From the human T2T-CHM13v2.0 reference genome, Homo sapiens, in the NCBI RefSeq assembly GCF_009914755.1, contig NC_060925.1: a stretch of DNA of 64,000 nt. One strand, 5' to 3'. The first letter of the stretch is position 1, and each line of letters begins with the position of its first letter. The position numbers and the translations under genes are program-made. Of the stretch, positions 59,151-64,000 are shown piece by piece. The notes under the pieces are model-generated. The model was given only the letters and a program-made list of their open reading frames with translations, was not told where the DNA came from and made no database searches.

Positions 59151-59924
59151 AACCAGAAGGTTTAAATGAGATCCAAAGTGTCATAACAAGATAACTCAAA
59201 TACCCAGGTTCCAACAGAAAATAACTCATCATGCTAAAAACCAAGAAAATTTCCATTTACTTTTTCTTTTGTTGTTGAGCAAATACCAAACAGGATAAAA
59301 CCAAATAATTCTATACGAAGACACATCATAGTCGAAATTCCAAAAGACTAAAGACAAAAGTATCTTGCAATTAGCAGAAAAAGTGACATTTTACCTACAG
59401 GGAAAAACATGTTTAGCAAAGAAGTGAACGCTTTTGGCAGTTGATGAGTGTTATGTGTTTTCAGTATTCCATTAAAGCATGAGCCCTTAATGGAAAACTA
59501 AATTATCAGTTTAGCCAACAGCTCCAGCTTAATATCATTTAATTGTCTCAATATCAGATACAAATGGTCTAACTCTGACAATCATCTCATTTCAAGCTTT
59601 TAGCATCAAAAAGAATACAAACTCATAAGTAAGACACATTGAGGTATAGTTATAATGCAGTTTACTTGCCTCAAAGAACTTATGTCTTTTTTAGGAACTA
59701 ACATATATAGTATTTTATTTAACTTAAACACCAATTCACATGTTTACTTTTAATGGAAATACGAGTTAGGTTTATGACAGTCATAAAAACAGAGTTGACT
59801 CATCCAAAAGTGAACATCACATTTCATTTTAAAAAGCATCATAAACCAAGGTAATTTTACAATGTATATTTTCTCTAAACTGCAAATATTTATTGATTCT
59901 CTCTTCAATGGAAAATTGTTTTCC

Positions 59925-60602
59925 TGGCTATTAAAAAGTCAAAAAATAACAGATGTTTGCAAAGTTGTGGAGAGAAGGGAATGCTTATACACTGCTGGTG
60001 GGAATGTAAATTACTTCAGGCACTGTGAGAAGTAGCCTGGAGATTTCTCAAAGACCTAGAGGCAGAAATTTGACCCAGCAATATCATCACTGGGCATATA
60101 CCCAAAGAAATATAAATAATTCTACCATTAAGACACAAGCATATGTATGTTCATCACAGTACTATTCACAATATGAAAGACATGGAGTCAATCCAGATGT
60201 TCATCAATGGTAGAGTGGATAAGGAAAATGTGGTACATGTACACCATGGAATACTACACAGCCTTAAAAAAGAATGAGATCATGTCCTTTGCAGCAACAT
60301 GGATGAAGCTGTAGGCCATTATTCTGAGCAATTAACATAGTAACAGAAAACCAAATACTGAATGTTCTCATTTGTAAGTGGGAGCTAAACACTGAATACA
60401 CATAGACACAAAGAAGGAAAAAATAGACACCAGGGCCTACTTGAGGGTGAAAGGTGGCAGGAGGGTGAGGATTGGAAAATTATCAGGTATTATGTTGATT
60501 ACCTAGGTTACAAAATTATCTGTACATCAAACCCCTGTGAAATGCAATTTACTCATGTAAAAAACTTGCACTTATACCCCTTGAACCTAAAATAAAAGTT
60601 GG
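59925..60602 (+). mobile_element. L1PB/old L1PA 3' end
   Basis: AAAAAGTCAAAAAATAACAGATG...GGTGGGAATGTAAATT...CCCCTTGAACCTAAAATAAAAGTT. Confidence 0.88.
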
Positions 60603-60639
60603 ACTGTGAACAAACAACAGCAAAAAACCTAAAAAAATT

Positions 60640-61345
60640 AGCGACAATACCACATGCTGACAAGGCTGTGAATACATAGAATCTCTCGTAAACTGCTGGT
60701 GAGAATGCAAAATAGTGCCGCTACTTTGGAAAAATAGTTTGTCAGTTCCTTTTTAAATGAAACATATACTTATCATACCACTTTATAATTACTTTGGGCT
60801 TTTCTCTCAGGGAGATAAAAATTTATATCTATACAAAACCCTGTATTCAAATGTTAATAACAGCTTTATTTGTAATAGCCCAAAACTGGAAATTAAACGA
60901 CGTCCCTCAATAGATGAATGGTAAAACAAACTGTAGTATATCCATATCATGGCATATTTCTCAGCATTAAAGTGAATGAACTATTGATATTGATTTAGAT
61001 GAGTCTCAAGTGTATTACGTTGAGGGAAAAAATTGTAAAAGGTCACATACTTTATGACTCTATTTATATACAATTCTGAAAATAGCAATTATAAAGAATG
61101 AGAACAAATTAGTGTTTGTCAGGGGTCATTAATGGTGAGGGTAGGTGGTGAATGTGGCTATAAAGAAGTAGCACAGGAGAGATGGAATACATCTTGATTT
61201 TGGTGAAGGTTAAATAAACCTACACGTGCCATAAAATAACATAAAAATATACACATATTCCAACATCAATTTCCTGGTTTTGTTATTGTCTTATAATTAT
61301 GAAAAATGTAATGATTGAAGTAAACTAAATTAAGATTTTAAAAAA
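60640..61345 (+). mobile_element. L1MC/MD-like 3' end
   Basis: CAGCTTTATTTGTAATAGCCCAAAACTGGAAA...AAAAGGTCACATACTTTATGA...ATCAATTTCCTGGTTTTG. Confidence 0.78.
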
Positions 61346-61429
61346 AGAATCATTTTCCAAGAAGACCTTGTCAAGCTTTTGTATCTGCAATTCACATCAA
61401 GAAGACAACATATTTTAAAACTGAGATAT

Positions 61430-63765
61430 TATTTAATACAGTAGGATGCACAGATCATGAGTGTAGAGTGAGTGTTGACAAACACATGTGCATAGGAAAT
61501 CAAATCTGAATGCAAGATCCAGAACATTTTTATTACTCCAGAGAGGTCCCTCATGTTCCTTTCCAATCAAAATGCCAGAGACAATCACTGAGCTGATTTC
61601 TGTAACCATTATAACATTTTCTTGTTCTGTAAACTCATACATGGAATCATACTGTATATGTACTCTGTTGCTTCTCTCTTCTTTCACTCAACATGTTTTT
61701 CAGATTTATCCATGCCATTGCATATTGATTCATTTTAATTGCTAGGTATTATTTCATTGTATGAATATTCCACAACCTATTTACTTGCTTATGATCATAG
61801 GGCTATTTCTAGTTTTTCATTATTATGAATTAAACACTAAAACTTATTTCTACAACTCGGTGGAAATATATATACTCATCTATGTTTAGCTAAATGGAAA
61901 TGGGTATTTCTTATAAAGTAGTTATATAATTTCCTCTGCCTTTCTGCTCCTTGATGAGCAGTTTTTAATTTTCATAGTTTCATTTGTTAATTTTCTAAGT
62001 CTATGTGTTTTATGTTCTGGCTAAAAAATATTTTCCTACCCTATGATAATGAAGATATTCCCCTATGTTGTAGTGTAGCCACTCTATATTTTTGTTTCTT
62101 CATTTAGGCCTGTGCTCCATTTTGTATAACTTGTGTATATAAAACAAAATAGGAATTAGGGGATTGGTTTTGTTTTTCTTATACCAAAATGCAGTTATTT
62201 TAGTACCATCTGTTGGAAAGATTTTCTTTTCTTCATTTCATTGCACAGGCACATTTGTGGAAGTTGAATTGGGATATATGTATGAGTTTAGAATTAGCCT
62301 ATGAATTTCTATAGCAAAGTTTGTTGGAATTTTGATTAAGAAGGCATCAAATATATGGATAAGTTTGAGGGATTCATATGTTTACAATATCGAGTTTTAA
62401 AATAAATATTGCATGTATCTCCATTTATTTGGGTTTAACTTAATTTTTACCCATTAATTTTATAGTTTTAATTAAAGGATACTTTATCATTTTTGTTAAA
62501 TTTAATTCTAATTGTCTTATATTTTTGATGCTACTAAAATTGACATTTTAAAATTTCATTTCTTATTTCTGTTACTAATATAGAAAATTGATTTGATCTG
62601 TCATCTATTTACCTATCAAGCTATCATAACCTGAGATCTTGCTAAATGAACTTATTAGTTCTAATAGTTATTTTTGTAGATGTAGTGATATTTTCTAGGT
62701 ACTCAGTCACATCATCTGCAAATGAAGAAAGTTTAATTATTCCCTCCAAATAATTGTACCTTTTATATCTTTTTCTTGCATTAGTGCAGTGGTTTGGGCT
62801 TTTAATAAGATATTGTACACAGTTGGCAAGAGTGGACATCTTAGGAGAAGGAGTTCAATATTTTGCAATGAAGTGTGATGTTAGCTTTATGTTTTTCATA
62901 GAAACAAAGTATTTACCAAGAATAAATATTGATTTTTACAAATACATTTTTTCTCAAATATTGAGGTGAATGGATTAATGTTTCACTGTTTGTTCTGTTA
63001 GTGTAGTGAATTATATTAATGTATTTTCAAAAAGTAAATCAGTCCTGCACTCTTAGAATAAATCCTCTTTGACATGGAATCTTATCCTTTATATACATTG
63101 ATGTAATATGTTTTCTATTATTTTGTTAGAAACATTTTTGAAAGTATTTTAATATATTATAGTGGTCTCTAATTTTGTTTTCTGATAATGTGCTTCTTGG
63201 GTTTCAGTTTTAGTGCTATTCTGGTTTCATAAAATGAGATATTAATGATTCTCTAACATTTTATTTCCTGAAAGAATTTGTGTAAGCTTGTTTTATCTTT
63301 TTTCTTAAATAATAAAACAACCTTGGACTAGAGTTGTCATCCTGGGAAGTTTTATAGTTTAAAATCTATTGTTTAAACATATTTTTTATTTTTGGTAGGC
63401 TATGGTTTTAAGGGGATTTGTTAGAATCTAAGTTTTCTCATTTATTGACAGTAACTTGTTCCCAACATTTGTAGGACTGGAATTAATATTCTCTCTTTCA
63501 TCACTGCTTTTGTAATTTCTTTCTTTTTATTCCTGATCTGTCTTCTTAGGGATTTATCAATTTCTCTAAGAACTGCAAAGAATCAAACTGTGATATTGCT
63601 GATTTTCTTTTTGCTCTTTTTTAATTGTTTACTTTTCATATCCTTATTATTTTCTTCCTTCTCCTTATTTTTGGGTTAAATTTACTTTTTCTTTTACATT
63701 CTTAATTTTAAGCTTAGATTATCATTTTATTACTATCTTCTTTACTAATATCAGAATTTAAAACC
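61430..63765 (-). mobile_element. Old L1M (L1ME/MC-like) antisense fragment
   Basis: AAGATCCAGAACATTT 3' motif; minus ORF IKLSSFADDVTEYLEN is the RT FADD region. Confidence 0.78.
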
Positions 63766-63767
63766 AT

Positions 63768-64000
63768 CTCAATATGATTCTATATCTAGAAAACACTAAA
63801 GATTACACCAAAAGGCTACTAGAATGGATAAACAATTTTAGTGCTATTCCTACCAAACTACCAGATCATTCTTCACAGAATTGGTAAAAAAGTATTCCAA
63901 AATTCATGTGGAACCAAAACAAGATCACAAATAGTCAAAGGAATTTGAAGTAAAAAGACAAAGCTGGAGGCATTACAACACCAAACCTCAAACTATACTA
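63768..64000 (+). mobile_element. L1 ORF2 fragment running off the window end
   Basis: ATATGATTCTATATCTAGAAAAC...TTCTTCACAGAATT...CAAAGCTGGAGGCAT...CAAACTATACTA, with an internal deletion near 63842. Confidence 0.85.

Larger units (their letters stand above)
57835..59410 (+). mobile_element. Old L1M 5' UTR repeats and ORF1 fragment, split by an LTR and an Alu
   Basis: Repeated GGAGA..CTGGGA(C/T)TT(T)CCA-type units; AAGACACATCATAGTCGAAATT ORF1 motif. Confidence 0.6.

Overview
Primate, almost certainly human, genomic DNA. It is an AT-rich, repeat-dense stretch of an olfactory receptor (OR) cluster that I recognise as the 1q23.1 cluster. Three intact, single-coding-exon class II OR genes lie in tandem on the minus strand: OR6Y1 (18227-19204), OR6P1 (33750-34703) and OR10X1 (50018-50998). 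Each has a 3' splice acceptor just before its probable start codon, and candidate non-coding first exons and O/E-like motif clusters lie several kb upstream. Most of the remaining sequence is interspersed repeats: many L1 fragments, about 12 Alu/FLAM copies (one AluYg6-like), solo LTRs (LTR14-, LTR10-, MER31/67-, MST- and MLT1-like), DNA transposon fossils (Hsmar1, MER47A, MER3, MER5) and microsatellites. Nearly all other ORFs in the track are Alu, L1, antisense or low-complexity artefacts. I found no RNA genes, no CRISPR arrays and no convincing new multi-gene system. The most unusual signals are: (1) a 5'-truncated, 5'-inverted Hsmar1 copy with twin-priming-like geometry; (2) an unexplained 86-nt near-perfect hairpin; (3) an L1 3' end inserted at the antisense copy of its own 5' piece; (4) a patch of locally templated insertions; (5) signs that OR10X1 has a shorter N-terminus than its longest ORF and carries a Y-to-D change in a conserved motif. 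Repeat subfamily names come from memory of consensus sequences, and old-repeat boundaries are approximate.
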